A stretch of DNA of 64,000 bases from an uncultured Planctomycetota bacterium (GCA_963845755.1 CAWJTV010000011.1:480001-544000); one strand, 5' to 3'; positions 18,428 to 31,300 are shown, counted from the first letter of the stretch. Translations and numbers: made by a program. Notes: generated by a model from the sequence alone, not told the origin.

Positions 18428-21400
18428 ATGGCAACGGCGGACAATCCGATGAACGATCCAACAGGTGTCAACCTCGATCGTCTGGACCTGGATCTGGCGC
18501 GTCGCATCGACGCGGTCTGTCGCCGCTTCGAGGCCGGCTGGCGAAGCGGGAGGCGGCCGATAATCGGAGATTATCTCGGCGCGGTGCCCGAATCCGGGCA
18601 CAGGGCCCTGCGCTCCGAGCTGGAGGCCCTGGAATGCGAGCTGCGCCAGTCGGAGGGGACCGGTGCGCGATCCGAGGCTTTGCGATCTCCCACGATCGCC
18701 GAGGCGGTGACCATCGGCCCGGCTGGCTCTGCGACCGTGTCCGTGGAAGGCGCGGCGGAGACGGCGATTCCGGAAGTCGCCACCCGGCTGCTCCACGACG
18801 ACTCGACCGTCAACCTCGGCGCGGCCGAACCGGCTCAGGCGGAAGCCCCATCACCCGCGCGCATCCGCTACTTCGGCGATTACGAGATCGTCCGCGAGCT
18901 GGCCCGCGGTGGCATGGGCGTCGTCTTCCAGGCGCGGCAGATGAGCCTCAACCGCAAGGTCGCGCTGAAGATGATCCTCGCCGGACAGCTCGCCAATGAG
19001 ACCGACGTCCGGCGCTTCTACACCGAGGCCGAGGCCGCTGCCCACCTCGACCACCCGGGGATCGTGCCGATTTTCGAAGTGCGTGAGCACGAAGAGCAGC
19101 ACTATTTCTCGATGGGCTTCGTCGAGGGCCAGAGCTTCGCGCAACGGCTGGCCGCCGGCCCGTTGCCGCCGCGCGAGGCGGCGGCGCTGATGGTGAAGGT
19201 CGCTGAGGCCATCGCCTACGCCCATCAGCGCGGCGTGATCCACCGCGACCTCAAGCCGGCCAATATCCTGCTCGACCAAGCCGCCAATCCGCGCGTGACC
19301 GACTTCGGCCTGGCGAAGAAGCTGGAGGGGAACAGCAGTCTGACCGGCTCGGGCCAGATCATGGGGACGCCCAGCTACATGCCGCCGGAACAAGCGAGGG
19401 GCCAGCGGGGCGAGGTGGGTCCGGCGGCCGATGTGTATGCTTTGGGGGCGACGCTCTATGCCTTGGTCACCGGCCGGCCGCCGTTCCAGGCCGCCACGCC
19501 GATGGATACCGTGATCCAGGTCCTTAGCGACGAACCGGTCCCACCAAGGCGGTTGAATCAGGCCGTCGATCGTGACCTCGAGACGATCTGCCTGAAGGCC
19601 ATGGCCAAGGAACCGGCGCGTCGTTACACCACGGCAGGCGACCTGGCGACCGACCTGCGGCGGTTCCTGGATGGAGAGCCGATCCGTGCTCGTCCGGTTA
19701 GCGCACTCGAGAAGGGCTGGCGGTGGTGTCGGCGGCGACCGGTCATCGCGGGCCTGACCGCGGCGGTGGTCGTGGCGGTCCTGGGGGGCTTGATGGGTAC
19801 CAGCCTCGGGCTGGTCGCCGCACTCAAGGCCGAGGCCAAGGAACGGGAACAGACCGCGCTGGCTGAGCAACGTCTCTACGATTTCCGGATGAATCTCGTC
19901 CAGAGGTACTGGGAGGATTACGACGGTGCACTCTTGGATCAAGGGCTCTACGAACTGCACCCGGCCAACACGGGCGGCACCGATCGCCGAGGTTTCGAGT
20001 GGTTCTACTGGGAACGGAGAATCGGCTCGGCGCACATCACCCTCCACGGGCACCGTGGTCCCGTCGAGGGCGTGACGTTCAGCGCCGACGGCCGGCGCCT
20101 CGCCTCGGCCAGCCTGGATGGGACCGTGAACGTCTGGGACGCCGCGACCGGGCAGGTCATCCGCACCCTCAAGGGACACACCGATTCGCCCACCAGCGTG
20201 GCGTTCAGCCCCGACGGCCGGCGGATCGCCTCGGGCAGCCGCGATCAGACGGTGAAGATCTGGGACGCCGAGACCGGTGGGGTCATCCAGACTCTCCGGG
20301 GCCATAGCAACCACGTCAACAGCGTGGCGTTCAGCCCCGACGGCCGGCGGATCGCCTCGGGCAGCATTGATCGGACGGTGAAGGTGTGGAATGCCGCGAC
20401 CGGACAGGTCATCCACACCCTCGAGGGGCACGATGACAACGTCACCAGTGTGTCGTTCAGCCCCGACGGTCGCCGCCTCGCTTCTGCTAGCAAAGATCAG
20501 ACGGTGAAGATCTGGGAGGCGGCGACGGCACGGGAGATCCGCACTCTCAAGGGGCACAGTGGCCGTCTCAGGAGCGTGGCGTTTTCCCCGGACGGCCACC
20601 GCCTCGCTTCCGCCAGCGACGATCACACGGTGAAGATCTGGGACGCCGAAACCGGGCGGGATATCCGTACCCTCATGGGGCACCGAGACGTTGCGAGCGT
20701 GGCGTTATCTCCGGACGGCCACCGCCTCGCCTCCGCCGGCGACGATGCGATGGTGAGGCTGTGGGACCCCGAGACCGGGCGGGAGCTCCATGTCCTCAAG
20801 GGGCACCTCGCCGATGTCCGCAGCGTGGCGTTCTCCCCGGATGCCCGGCGCCTCGCCTCCTCGAGTTGGGATGGGACGGTGAGGATCTGGGACACCGCGA
20901 CCGCGCAGGAGACACGCAGCCTCGAGGGGCATCGTGGCCCTCTCACGAGCGTGGCGTTCAGTCCCGACGGCAACCGCATCGCCTCCGCCGGCCACGACGG
21001 GACAGTGAAGATCTGGGACGCCGCGAGCGATCGGGTCATCCGCACGCTCGAGGCGCAGGACGGGTGGGTCACGAGCGTGGCGTTCAGCCCGGATGGCCAG
21101 AGGCTCGCATCCGCCGGCTGGAGTGGGAAGGTCAAGGTCTGGGATACCGCGACCGGTCAGGTCATCCGCACGCTCGATGGACACAGCGGCCCCGTCATTA
21201 GCGTGGCGTTCAGCCCCGATGGCAAGCACTGATTTCCGCCAGCCTGCACTCGATAACGGCCTGGGACACCGCGACCGGGCGTGCCACCTTGACCTTCACC
21301 CTCCCGCAATCCGCCAGGATGTTCAGCAGCGTGTCGTTCAACACCGACGGCCGGTACGTGGTCTCCGCCGCCCGCGAGGGAGTGGAATTGTGGGACGCAG

Positions 21401-21915
21401 CGATCGGGCAGGTCATCCGCACCTTGGGTCATGCCCAATCCGACGGCTGGATCAACAGCGTGGCGTTTTCCCCCGACGGCCGGCACCTCGCATCCGCCGG
21501 TCTGGATGGGAAGGTGAATCTTTGGGACGTCGCGACCTCGCGGATCATTCGGCCGCTCAAGGGACACAGCGGCTCCGTCACCAGTGTGGCCTTCGGCCCC
21601 GACGGCCGACGGATCGCATCCGCCGGCGCGGATGCCACGGTGAAGTTATGGGACGCGGTGACCGGGCTGGAAACCCTCACTCTCAAGGGGCACACCGGCT
21701 TGGTCGCGAGCGTGGCGTTCAGCCCCGACGGCCGCCGACTCGTATCCGCCGGTGGTGACGGGACTGTGAAAGTCTGGGACGCCCGACCGCTGGACGCCGA
21801 GCCGGCACCGAGGGCCCGGCCCCACGCTGAGGGAGCCTCGCAGCCAACCGTGGGGGAGCTCGATGAAGCGACCGGTCTGGAGAGGGATGTCGCCCGATCG
21901 ACGCCGGATCCATGA
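18428..21915 (+). CDS. Ser/Thr kinase - TM - 14 WD40 repeats (frameshift near 21230-21260)
   Basis: [24 protein letters not shown] and GTPSYMPPE. Hydrophobic [29 protein letters not shown] repeats continue in ORF 21289..21915. Confidence 0.93.
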
Positions 21916-21924
21916 GGAAAGCGA

Positions 21925-22146
21925 ATGACTGAGCATGGTGATCGTCAGGAGTCGGCCGAGGAACGACTCGCGCCCGTTCGCCGGCCTCGGGTCTCGATCC
22001 TCGAGATGATGGTGCTGGTAGCCGCGTTGGCGGTGTCGTTCCGCTGGCCGGGGTTGAGCGTCCCGGTGGGTCTTCTCTTTCTCTACACCCTCGCCCGGCG
22101 GCGAGACATCCTCCAACGGCCAACGCGCGTGGCGCTCGGGCAGTGA
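21925..22146 (+). CDS. Small membrane protein, possibly truncated
   Basis: 73-aa ORF with an RBS (gagga) and a PRVSILEMMVLVAALAV hydrophobic motif. Confidence 0.5.
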   Translation: MTEHGDRQESAEERLAPVRRPRVSILEMMVLVAALAVSFRWPGLSVPVGLLFLYTLARRRDILQRPTRVALGQ

Positions 22147-22317
22147 ACCTATTCGTAAGTCGATCCGGACGGTACGCTCACGGGAGCGTGATCGCAGGGT
22201 GTCGATCGCCACCGCCTTGGGAATCGGGGCGGTGGCGCAGCACGGTGGCCGAGCGCGGCGCGGCCCGGAGACGCGATGAACCGTTGCAGCCCGTCGAGCC
22301 CTGGATCGCGAATCCAA

Positions 22318-22352
22318 TGTCACCATAACGGGCGAAACGGACATCTTCCTGG
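22318..22352 (+). promoter_or_regulatory. Putative ECF promoter TGTCAC-N15-GGACAT
   Basis: tgtcac-cataacgggcgaaac-ggacatcttcctgg matches 18346-18380. Confidence 0.65.
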
Positions 22353-22454
22353 AACGGGAAGTGAGTCTTGGCGGTTTGACCCCGGCAGGACCGGCCCAGA
22401 CGCCGGACCGAGCTGGGAGTCGCCGATGGAGCTGGGACCAGGGAGCGAACGACG

Positions 22455-25400
22455 ATGAGTGAGCGACGCAGCCACAACCTCGGCGGCGTGGATATCGGCC
22501 TGGCCCGGCGGATCGACGCGATCTGTCGCCGCTTCGAGGCCGACTGGCGAACTGAGAGGCGACCGCCGATCGACGATTACCTGGGCGATGTCCCCGAACA
22601 AGGCCGGGCAGCCCTGCGCGCCGAATTGGAGGCCCTGGAGCGCGAGCTGGGCCAGTCGGAGCAGACCGGTGCGCGATTCGAGGACTCGCCACCTTCCACG
22701 ATCTTCGGGGCGCCGACGCTCGCCCCGGGCACGGCTCCGACCCAGCCCTTGCCCGGCGAGGCGCCGACCCTCGCACCGAGTCCTCCGACAGCATTCATCG
22801 CGTCCGCGGCAGACGCTTCGTCCCAGGAAGATCCCACCCAGTCTCCCCACGATCAGGCCACGGTCGACCTCGGTCCGTCCGCGCCGGGCGAACTGGAGGG
22901 CTCACCCGAGTCGCCCAGACGCGTCCGCTACTTCGGCGATTACGAGATCGTCCGCGAGCTGGCCCGCGGCGGCATGGGGGTGGTCTTCGAGGCCCGGCAG
23001 GTCAAGCTCAACCGCAGGGTCGCGCTCAAGATGATCCTTGCCGGACAGCTCGCCGACGAGGATGCCGTCCGGCGCTTCTACACCGAGGCCGAGGCCGCCG
23101 CCAATCTCGACCACCCCGGCATCGTGCCGATCTATGAGGTGGGCCAGCACGACGGCCAGCATTTTTTCTCGATGGGCTTCGTCGAGGGCCAGAGCGTGGC
23201 CCAGCGGTTGGCGGATGGGCCGCTCCCGCCGCGCGATGCCGCCGCGCTGCTGGTGAAGGTGGCCGAGGCGATCGAGTACGCCCACCGGCACGGCGTCATT
23301 CATCGCGACATCAAGCCGGCCAACATCCTGCTCGATGAATCCGGCAATCCCCGCGTGACCGACTTCGGCCTGGCGAAGAAGCTGGAGACCGACAGCGGCC
23401 TGACCGGCTCGGGCCAGATCATGGGGACGCCGAGCTACATGCCGCCCGAGCAGGCTGGCGGCAAGCGCGGGCGAGATCGGCCCGGCGGCGGACGTCTATG
23501 CGCTGGGCGCGACCTTGTACTGCCTGGTCACCGGCCGGCCGCCGTTCCAGGCGGCCACCGTGATGGACACCGTGCTCCAGGTCCTCAGCGACGAGCCGGT
23601 GCCGCTGCGTCGCCTCAATGCCTCGATCCCGCGCGACCTGGAGACGATCTGCCTGAAGTGCCTCGAGAAGGCGCCGGGAAGCGGTACGCCTCGGCGGTGG
23701 CGCTGCGGGACGAGCTGCGGCGGTACCTGGACGGCGAGCCGATCGTGGCCCGGCCCGTGACGCGATTCGAGCGTGCTGCCAAGTGGGCGCGGCGCCGTCC
23801 GGCGATCGCCGGATTGATGGCAGCCCTGGCCGTGGCCCTGGTCGTGGGATTCACCGGGATGGCCCTGCTCTGGGCCCGCGCCGAGAACTCGGCGACCGTG
23901 GCCCGACTGAACGAGCAGAACGCTCGAGGATCGGCCGTTGCCGCGGATGCGTCGCGCGCGACAGCTCAGCAGCAGGCGACGATCGCCACCGAGAAGGCGG
24001 AGGCGTTGCGTCGGCAGGACTACATCAGCCGGGTCAACCTCGCCTATCGCGAGTGCCTGGACAACAACGTGGCCCGCGCCATCGAGCTGCTCGAGGGCTG
24101 CCCCGAAGATCTCCGCAGTTGGGAATGGTCCTACGTGAGCCGCCAGTGCCATCTCGACCTGAAGACCTTCCGCGAGCCGGTCCAGGTCGTCCTCGCGGTG
24201 GCGTTCAGCCGCGACGGCCGCCGGGTGGCATCCGGCTCCGGGACGTATCAAGGTGGCGGAGCGGGCGACCTGGTGGTGCGTGATGTGGCCACCGGCGCGG
24301 AGGCGTTCGCCCAGCGCGGGATCGCGGGCGGTGTCCGCGCCGTGGCTTACAGCCCGGATGGTCGCTGGCTGGCCGCGGGCCACGGCGCGAACCTGGTCCT
24401 GCTGGATGCCGCCACCGGCCGGGAACGCTTCCAGAAGTCCACCGGGTCGCTCGACATCGACGGCCTGGCCTTCACGCCCGACGGCCGGCGGATCCTCGCG
24501 GGCTGCGGCGGCGATCCCGGCTATGCCAAGCTCTGGGATGCGACGACGGGGGACCTCGTGGGCGACCCGCTCCCCGGATATGGGGGAGGATTCGCCTATC
24601 TGTCCATCAGCCCCGACGGCCGGCAGGCGGCCGTGGGCAGCGCCGGCCGGGTCGATGTCTGGGACCTCCGGACCTTCAAACCGATCCGCACCCTGCAGGG
24701 ACACCGAAGCTTCGTCTATGCGGTGGCCTATAGCCCGGACGGGCGGTATCTCGCCTCGGGGGGCTGGGACCGAACGATCCGGCTCTGGGATGCCTCCACC
24801 GGAGCCGAGGTCCGCAGGTATCTCGGGCACGAGGGATTCGTCCGCGGCCTGGCGTTCAGCCCCGACGGTGAGCGGATTGCCTCCTGCGGCGAGGACAAGA
24901 GCGTCAAGCTCTGGTCGGTCGCCTCCGACCGCGAGCTCGCCACGTTCCACGGCCACCACCATTACGTCGCGTGCGTGGCCTTCAGCCCCGACGGCCATCG
25001 GATCGCCACGGGGAGCCTGGATCAAACGCTCAAGGTCTGGTTCGCTGCGCCCACGACCCAACTCACCTTCCAGGGACATAACGGTTGGGTCACCAGTCTG
25101 GCGTTCAGCCCCGACGGCCGGCGGGTGACTTCCGGGGCGGGCGTTGCTACGACGTCCCACCCCCTTCGAACCTGGGACCCCGTCACCGGCGAACAGGTCC
25201 GGTCCTTTCCCGACGAGCGCGCCGCCATCGACGCAGTGGCGTACCGCCCCGACGGCCGCAAGGTGGCCACGTCCGGTTGGGACGGAACCGTGAAGGTCTG
25301 GGATGCCGACACCGAGAGCCTGAACTTGATCTTCCGAGCAGGGACCAGCGGCGCCTACGAGCCGGCCAACATCGCGTTCAGCCCCGACGGCCGCAAGCTG

Positions 25401-27522
25401 GCCCTCGCCGATGACAGGGGTTTGGTTCTCGTGTGGGATGCCACCACCGGCCGGCCACTTCAGACACTCAAAGGGCACACGGGCCACGCGAACGGCGTGG
25501 CGTTCAGCCCGGATGGACGGAAGCTGGCTTCGGGCGACGAGGACGGCACCGTGAAGGTCTGGGACGCTGCGAGCGGGCGCGAGCTCCAGACGCTCAAGGG
25601 GCACAAGCCGCGGGTCGCGAGCGTGGCGTTTTCCCCGACGGCCGCCTGCTGGCCTCGGTCGGCGGCATCTCGGCACGTTACGGTGAGGTGAAAGTCTGGG
25701 ATCTTGCCTCGGGTCGGGAGCTCTATCCCGTCCGCGGCCACACGGACACGGTTTCCGGCGTGGCGTTCTCCCCCGACGGCCGCCGCCTGGCCACCGCCAG
25801 CGACGATCGGACCGTCAAGCTCTGGGACACGGCCACCGGTCAGGAGGTCTTTACGCTGCGGGGTCATACCAGCGGTGCCCTCTGCGTGGCGTTTTCTCCC
25901 GACGGGCAACGCATCGCCTCTGGGAGCATCGACTGGACGGCCAAGGTCTGGGACACCACTCAGCCGGATGCCGACCATCTGCTGGTGCGGCTCGTCGCGT
26001 CCCGCGTCGCCGAGCTCTTCCGGACTCTCCTGCTCAAGAGCGACGTGATCGATCGGATCCGCGGCGACGCGAAGCTCGACGAATTCCTCCGCGCGGCGGC
26101 CCTCCGGATCGCCGAGCGGACTCCGGAGCAATCGGTGCTCTTGAACAACACGAGCTGGATGATCGCGCGCGAAGCCCATCGCACGCCGGAGGACTATCGC
26201 CGCGCGCTGCGATATGCCGAAGCCGCCGGCCGGCTCGCACCGCGAGAATCCACCTTCATCAATACCCTCGGCGTCGCCCGCTATCGCGCCGGGCAGTATC
26301 GCGATGCGCTCGGCGACCTCAATCGATCGCTCGAGCTCAACTCACCCCGATACGGCGGCGCGATCCCCGCCGACCTCGCCTTCGTCGCCATGGCCCAGCA
26401 TCGGCTCGGGCAGAAGACCGAAGCCCTGATGACCCTGGGCCGGCTCCGCGAGGCCATGAGCCGACAGCCCTGGTCGGATGACGATGAGTCCGAGGTGTTC
26501 GCCGACGAGGCGAACGCCTTGATCGCCGGCACCAGGCCGCCGCTCGTCGAGGTCGCCCGGTTCGTCGACGACTCGAAGGAGGCGAACGAATTCGCAACCT
26601 TCTCGCCCGACGGGCGCCGCGTCCTGTCGTGCGCGGTGGACGGGACCATGCGTCTCTGGGACCGGGAGTCGGGCCGTTTGATCCGTCGCATCGACGGGGG
26701 CGGGAGATTGATGAGCGTCGCCGTCTCGCCCGACGGCCGCCGCGCCCTCTCCGGCGGTTCCGACCGCGTCATGCGGCTCTGGGACCTCGACTCGGGCAAG
26801 CGGATTCGCGAGTTCCAGGGACATACCGGATGGGTCTTCGTCGTGGCCTTCAGCCCCGACGGCCGCCTGGGTTATTCCACCAGCGGCGGACCGGATGCCT
26901 GGCAGGACGGGTCGGACTCGGCCGTCCGCGTCTGGGATCTCGAGACGGGCCAGGTCGTCCGCAAGCTGGAGGGGCACAAGGGCCGGGTCTTCGGCCTGTC
27001 GGTCTCACCCGACGGCCAGAAGGTCCTCACCGGCGGCGACACCCGGTTGATCCTCTGGGACGCCCGGAGCGGGAAGCCGATCCGCCCCGTCGCGGGGCAC
27101 GAGGGCATGATCGGCAATGCGACCTTCCTGCCCGGCGGCCGGCCTGCGCGGCCTCGGGCAGTTTCGACCGGACGATCCGGCTCTGGGACCTGGAGAGCGG
27201 CCAGGAGCTCCATCGCTTCCTCGGCCATCCGCGCGAGGTGACCTGGGTGGCGGCCTCTCCCGACGGCCGTCGGCTCCTGTCGTCGGACTACAACGGTCAC
27301 GAATTGCGACTCTGGGACGTCGAGGGTCGCAAGCTGATCCGCCGGCTCGGCTGGGGAGGCACGGCGCCGACGCGCGGGTCGTTCAGCCCCGACGGCCGGC
27401 ACGCGGTCTGGACCGGCACCGATGGGGTCGTGCGGCTGTATGAATTGACGCCCCTCGACGAGGCAGGCCGTCCCACGCCGGCCCGGCCCGATGCGGCCGG
27501 AAGTCCCGCTATCACGAAGTGA
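22455..27522 (+). CDS. Ser/Thr kinase - TM - WD40 propellers - TPR - WD40 propeller (several frameshifts)
   Basis: Kinase motifs HRDIKPAN and DFG, a TM segment, WD40 repeats, a TPR-like LNNTSW...INTLGVARYRAG segment and a further WD40 block. Frame changes near 23470, 23680, 25635 and 27140. Confidence 0.9.
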
Positions 27523-27575
27523 GAGACGATCGATCGCACGAGGTTTCCATCTACGACCAGGACGAGGGGTACCCC

Positions 27576-28204
27576 ATGTCGATGACTGACGATCAAGACG
27601 TGTTAACTTCCATGACGCGCATCATTCAGATCATTGCCGGCTCCCTCATCGCGGGGGTCGTCGTCATGCTCGTCATGTCGGTGGTGGTTATTCCCACTCC
27701 GCTCGTCGGCGCCCGCCGGGCGCGGGCGGGGCGGTCGGTGCCGGCCCACTGCCCGCGATCGGCTCGATGAGTCTCGGTGACATCATCGCGTGGACCGCGG
27801 TCGCCTTTGCCGCGGTGGGGCTGCCCTTGTCGTTCCTGGTCCCCGGCTGGATCGCGGCTCAGAACCGCCGGAGCATCGCCGCGGGGACGTGGCTCCCACC
27901 GAGCCGTGTGAATGTCAATGCCCCGGGGACGACGGGGCCGTTTAGCCCCGAGGCGCTCAAGACCGATACAGGCAAGCTGGCTTCCGCCTACTTGACGCAG
28001 TTTATCATCGGCGCGGCAATCAACGAGGGTCTGGCGTTCTTCGCGAGCGTCGCGTACTTGATCGGAAAGAATCCGATCGCGCTGGCCCTCGCGTTGCTGC
28101 TCGTGGTCGCGCTCGTCGCCCGGTTCCCCACGCGCCTTCGGATCGCCTCCTGGATCGACCGGCAACAGGAATTGCTCATCCAGGATCGGCAAGCCGCTTT
28201 CTGA
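27576..28204 (+). CDS. Four-TM hypothetical membrane protein (frameshift near 27715-27765)
   Basis: IIQIIAGSLIAGVVV, then IIGAAINEG...LVARFPT in two consecutive ORFs. Confidence 0.7.
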
Positions 28205-28402
28205 ACAGGACCCAGGGGCGTCTGGACCGATCCGACTCGAGTTCCTTCGCGTTGACCGGACCTGACAGTAGCGACTCGGTCGCCGTCGTGATCCGTCGAC
28301 TCGACCGGTCCCCTTGCCATCCGTCCCATCGCCGAATAGGATTGAGTGTGCTTCTCTGACACTTGTCCGGTCTTATCTCCTGGGGATGACGGGAGACGGC
28401 CC

Positions 28403-29422
28403 TTGTCCTTTTTCGTGGCGTGCGAGTGTGGGCGATCCTTTGAGAGTTCGGAGGCGAACGCGGGCGGTGTCGCGCGGTGTCCCCGCTGCGGGCGCGAATG
28501 GCCCATGCCCAAGCTCGAGTCCGCGCCGGGGCTGGAGGAAGAGGACTGGTCCCTGGGCGCACCGGGACCCTCGGCGACCAGCGGCAAGGCGATCGCGAGC
28601 CTGGTGGCGGGCTGCCTCTTCGTCTTCGGGTGCCTCAGCGGCGTGCCCGCCTTCCTCTTCGGCTGGCATGCGCTGCGCGACATCAAAGACAGCGGAGGCC
28701 GGCTCAAGGGCCGGCGGATGGCGGTCGCCGGGATCGTCCTCGGGCTGATCGGCTGCCTCCTCACGGTCGCGTTCTTCGTGCCGGCGATCCGATCGGCTCG
28801 CGGGGCCGCCCGCCGCGCCGAGTGCGCCAACAACCTCAAGCAGATCGGCCTCGCCATCCAGTACTATCACGAGGCGTACGGCTGCCTGCCGCCCGCCGCC
28901 ATCACCGACAAGACCGGCAAGCCGCTGCTGAGCTGGCGCGTCGCCATCCTCCCCCACCTCCTATCAGACCCGCGTTACCTGGACTTCCATTTCGACGAGC
29001 CGTGGGACAGTCCCCACAACCTCGCCCTGCTCGAGCCGGTCCCGTTCGTCTATACCTGCCCCGGCGACCTCACCCCGAAGAAGGGGATGACCCACTTCGT
29101 GGCCGTGATCGGTCCCAACACCGCATTCACGCCGGACTTCCGGCCCTTGACGTATCGCGACTTCACCGACGGCATTGGCAATACCCTCCTCATCGGCGAG
29201 TCCCGGCGCGGCGTCCCCTGGACCAAGCCCGAGGACCTCCCCCTGGACATGAGCATCCCCTTCACCGGGCTGGGCAGCGATCACGGCTACCACGACAACG
29301 GCTTCAACGTCCTGTTCGCCGACGGGTCCGTCCGGTTCCTGCATCGCTCGATCGATCCGAAAGTCCTCGACGCCATCCTCACCCGCGATGCGGCGCAAGT
29401 TGTCGAGCCGAACAGTTATTAG
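28403..29422 (+). CDS. Zn-ribbon + DUF4190 + DUF1559 domain protein
   Basis: CECG...CPRCG; TSGKAIASLV...GRRMAVAGIVLG; ARRAECANNLKQIGLA; LLSWRVAILP; NVLFADGSVRF. TTG start after gggag. Confidence 0.85.
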   Translation: MSFFVACECGRSFESSEANAGGVARCPRCGREWPMPKLESAPGLEEEDWSLGAPGPSATSGKAIASLVAGCLFVFGCLSGVPAFLFGWHALRDIKDSGGRLKGRRMAVAGIVLGLIGCLLTVAFFVPAIRSARGAARRAECANNLKQIGLAIQYYHEAYGCLPPAAITDKTGKPLLSWRVAILPHLLSDPRYLDFHFDEPWDSPHNLALLEPVPFVYTCPGDLTPKKGMTHFVAVIGPNTAFTPDFRPLTYRDFTDGIGNTLLIGESRRGVPWTKPEDLPLDMSIPFTGLGSDHGYHDNGFNVLFADGSVRFLHRSIDPKVLDAILTRDAAQVVEPNSY

Positions 29423-29635
29423 CCGCTTGCCGCCGACAACCGGGCCGGGAACCGGTCGCACTTCCGGCCGCAAAGGGGATACAATACTCGGCCCGTGGCC
29501 GACCGAATGGGCGGGCCGCGGGCTGGTGTCTTCCGGGAACGGATTCGGCCGGACCGGATCGCCGCGGGAGGCGGTCCGGGTTTGTGATAATCGGTCATCG
29601 ATCGAAGCACGACTCGTTCGTTGAGGTCCGTTGAG

Positions 29636-31256
29636 ATGAACCGCGTGATCGGCGTGATGGCGAGCCTGATACTGATGATTTCCCTGTCCTTCGTCCCGAT
29701 CTCGGCCCAGGAGCCGGTTCGGACGGCGGCACCGCCCCCGCAGACGAAGGGGGCCCCCGGCGGGACCACAACGACGCAACCGCAACCGCCGGCGCAGGCC
29801 AAGGCGGCGGACGCTGCGAAACCCAAGAAAGACGCGCCGAAGACCGCGACGGACGAGGAGCCGGTCGTCACGCATCACAAGATCCTCCTGGGAGGCAAGG
29901 AGTTGCCGTACACGGCGACGGCCGGCCTGATGCCGATCCGGGATGCCAAGGATGAGGTGGAGGCCCGGATCTTCTACATCGCCTACACGCGCGACGATGC
30001 GGGGGCGTCGGACGCGCGGCCGCTGTTGTTCAGCTTCAACGGCGGGCCGGGCTCGGCGTCGGTCTGGCTGCACCTGGGGGCCCTGGGCCCGCGACGGGTG
30101 GCGACGCCCGAGAAGCCGGTGATCCCGGCCCCGCCGTTCCGACTGGTCAACAACGACGCCACCTGGCTCGACCGCGCCGACCTGGTGTTCATCGACCCGG
30201 TCGGCACCGGGTACTCCCGCGCCGCCAAGCCGGAGCTCAACACCAAGTTCCACTCGCTGCGCGGCGACATCGAGTCGGTCGGCGAGTTCATCCGGATGTA
30301 CCTGAGCCGGAACAACCGATGGGCCTCGCCGCTGTACTTGATCGGCGAGAGCTACGGCACGACCCGCGCCGCCGGGCTGGCCGGATACCTCGTCAACCTG
30401 GGCATCGCCTTCAACGGCATCGTGCTGGTCTCTTGCGCCCTGGATTTCCAGGGGTTCGTGTTCAGTCCGGGCAACGACCTGCCGTATCTGACCTATCTGC
30501 CCTCCTACACGGCCGCCGCCTGGTACCACAAGAAGCTGCCGGCCGACTTGCAGGCGTCCGGGTTGCTGGCGGTGCTGAAGGAAGTCCAGCGGTGGACCGA
30601 CCGCGAGTACGTCTCGATCCTCTCGCGCGGCGACGAGCTCTCCGACGAGGAACGGCACGAGGCCGCCGCCCGGCTGGCCCGCTACACCGGCCTGCACGCC
30701 GACGACATCGAGGCCGGCCACCTGCGGATCGGCATGTCCCACTTCTGCCGCGATCTGCTCAAGCCCGCGCGACGCTCGGTCGGCCGGTTCGACGCGCGCT
30801 ACCAGGGGATCGAGGGCCCGGATTCCGCCGACCGGCCCAGCTTCGACCCGAGCCTGGCCGCCGTCCGCGCCCCGTACACCTCCACGTTCAACCAGTACAT
30901 CCACACCGAGCTCAACTACAAGAGCGACCTGCCGTACTACATCCTCGGCGAGGGCGTCGGCCGCTGGGACTGGCAGCGCGAGATGGGTTATCCTGCGACG
31001 ACCCACGCCCTCCGCGACGCCATGTCCAAGAACCCCCACATGAAGGTCCTGATCGCCTCCGGCTACTACGACCTCGCCACGCCGTATCGCGCCGTCGAGC
31101 ACGCCCTCGCCGGGTTGGGACTCGACCCCAGCCTGCGCGCCAATATCGCGGTCCAGACCTACGAGGCCGGGCACATGATGTACCTGGATAAACCGTCGCT
31201 GCTGAAGCTCAAGGGCGACGGCGCCCGCGCTGATCGACCGGACGAAAGGGAAATGA
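29636..31256 (+). CDS. S10 serine carboxypeptidase (secreted; frameshift near the C-terminus)
   Basis: Signal peptide, FNGGPGSAS, FIDPVGTGYS, GESYG, GYYDLATP and YEAGHMMY. An alternative frame ends LIDRTKGK* at 31256. Confidence 0.9.
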
Positions 31257-31300
31257 CAGATTGGCGGCATCGCCGCTCTTCTATTCAGGAGTTCGCGACG

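Noticed and set aside
18851..26977. Long antisense ORFs (e.g. 18851..20683, 23496..25676; also 28964..31270 and 37030..39513)
   Set aside because: Shadow ORFs caused by high GC3 opposite genes with clear motifs.
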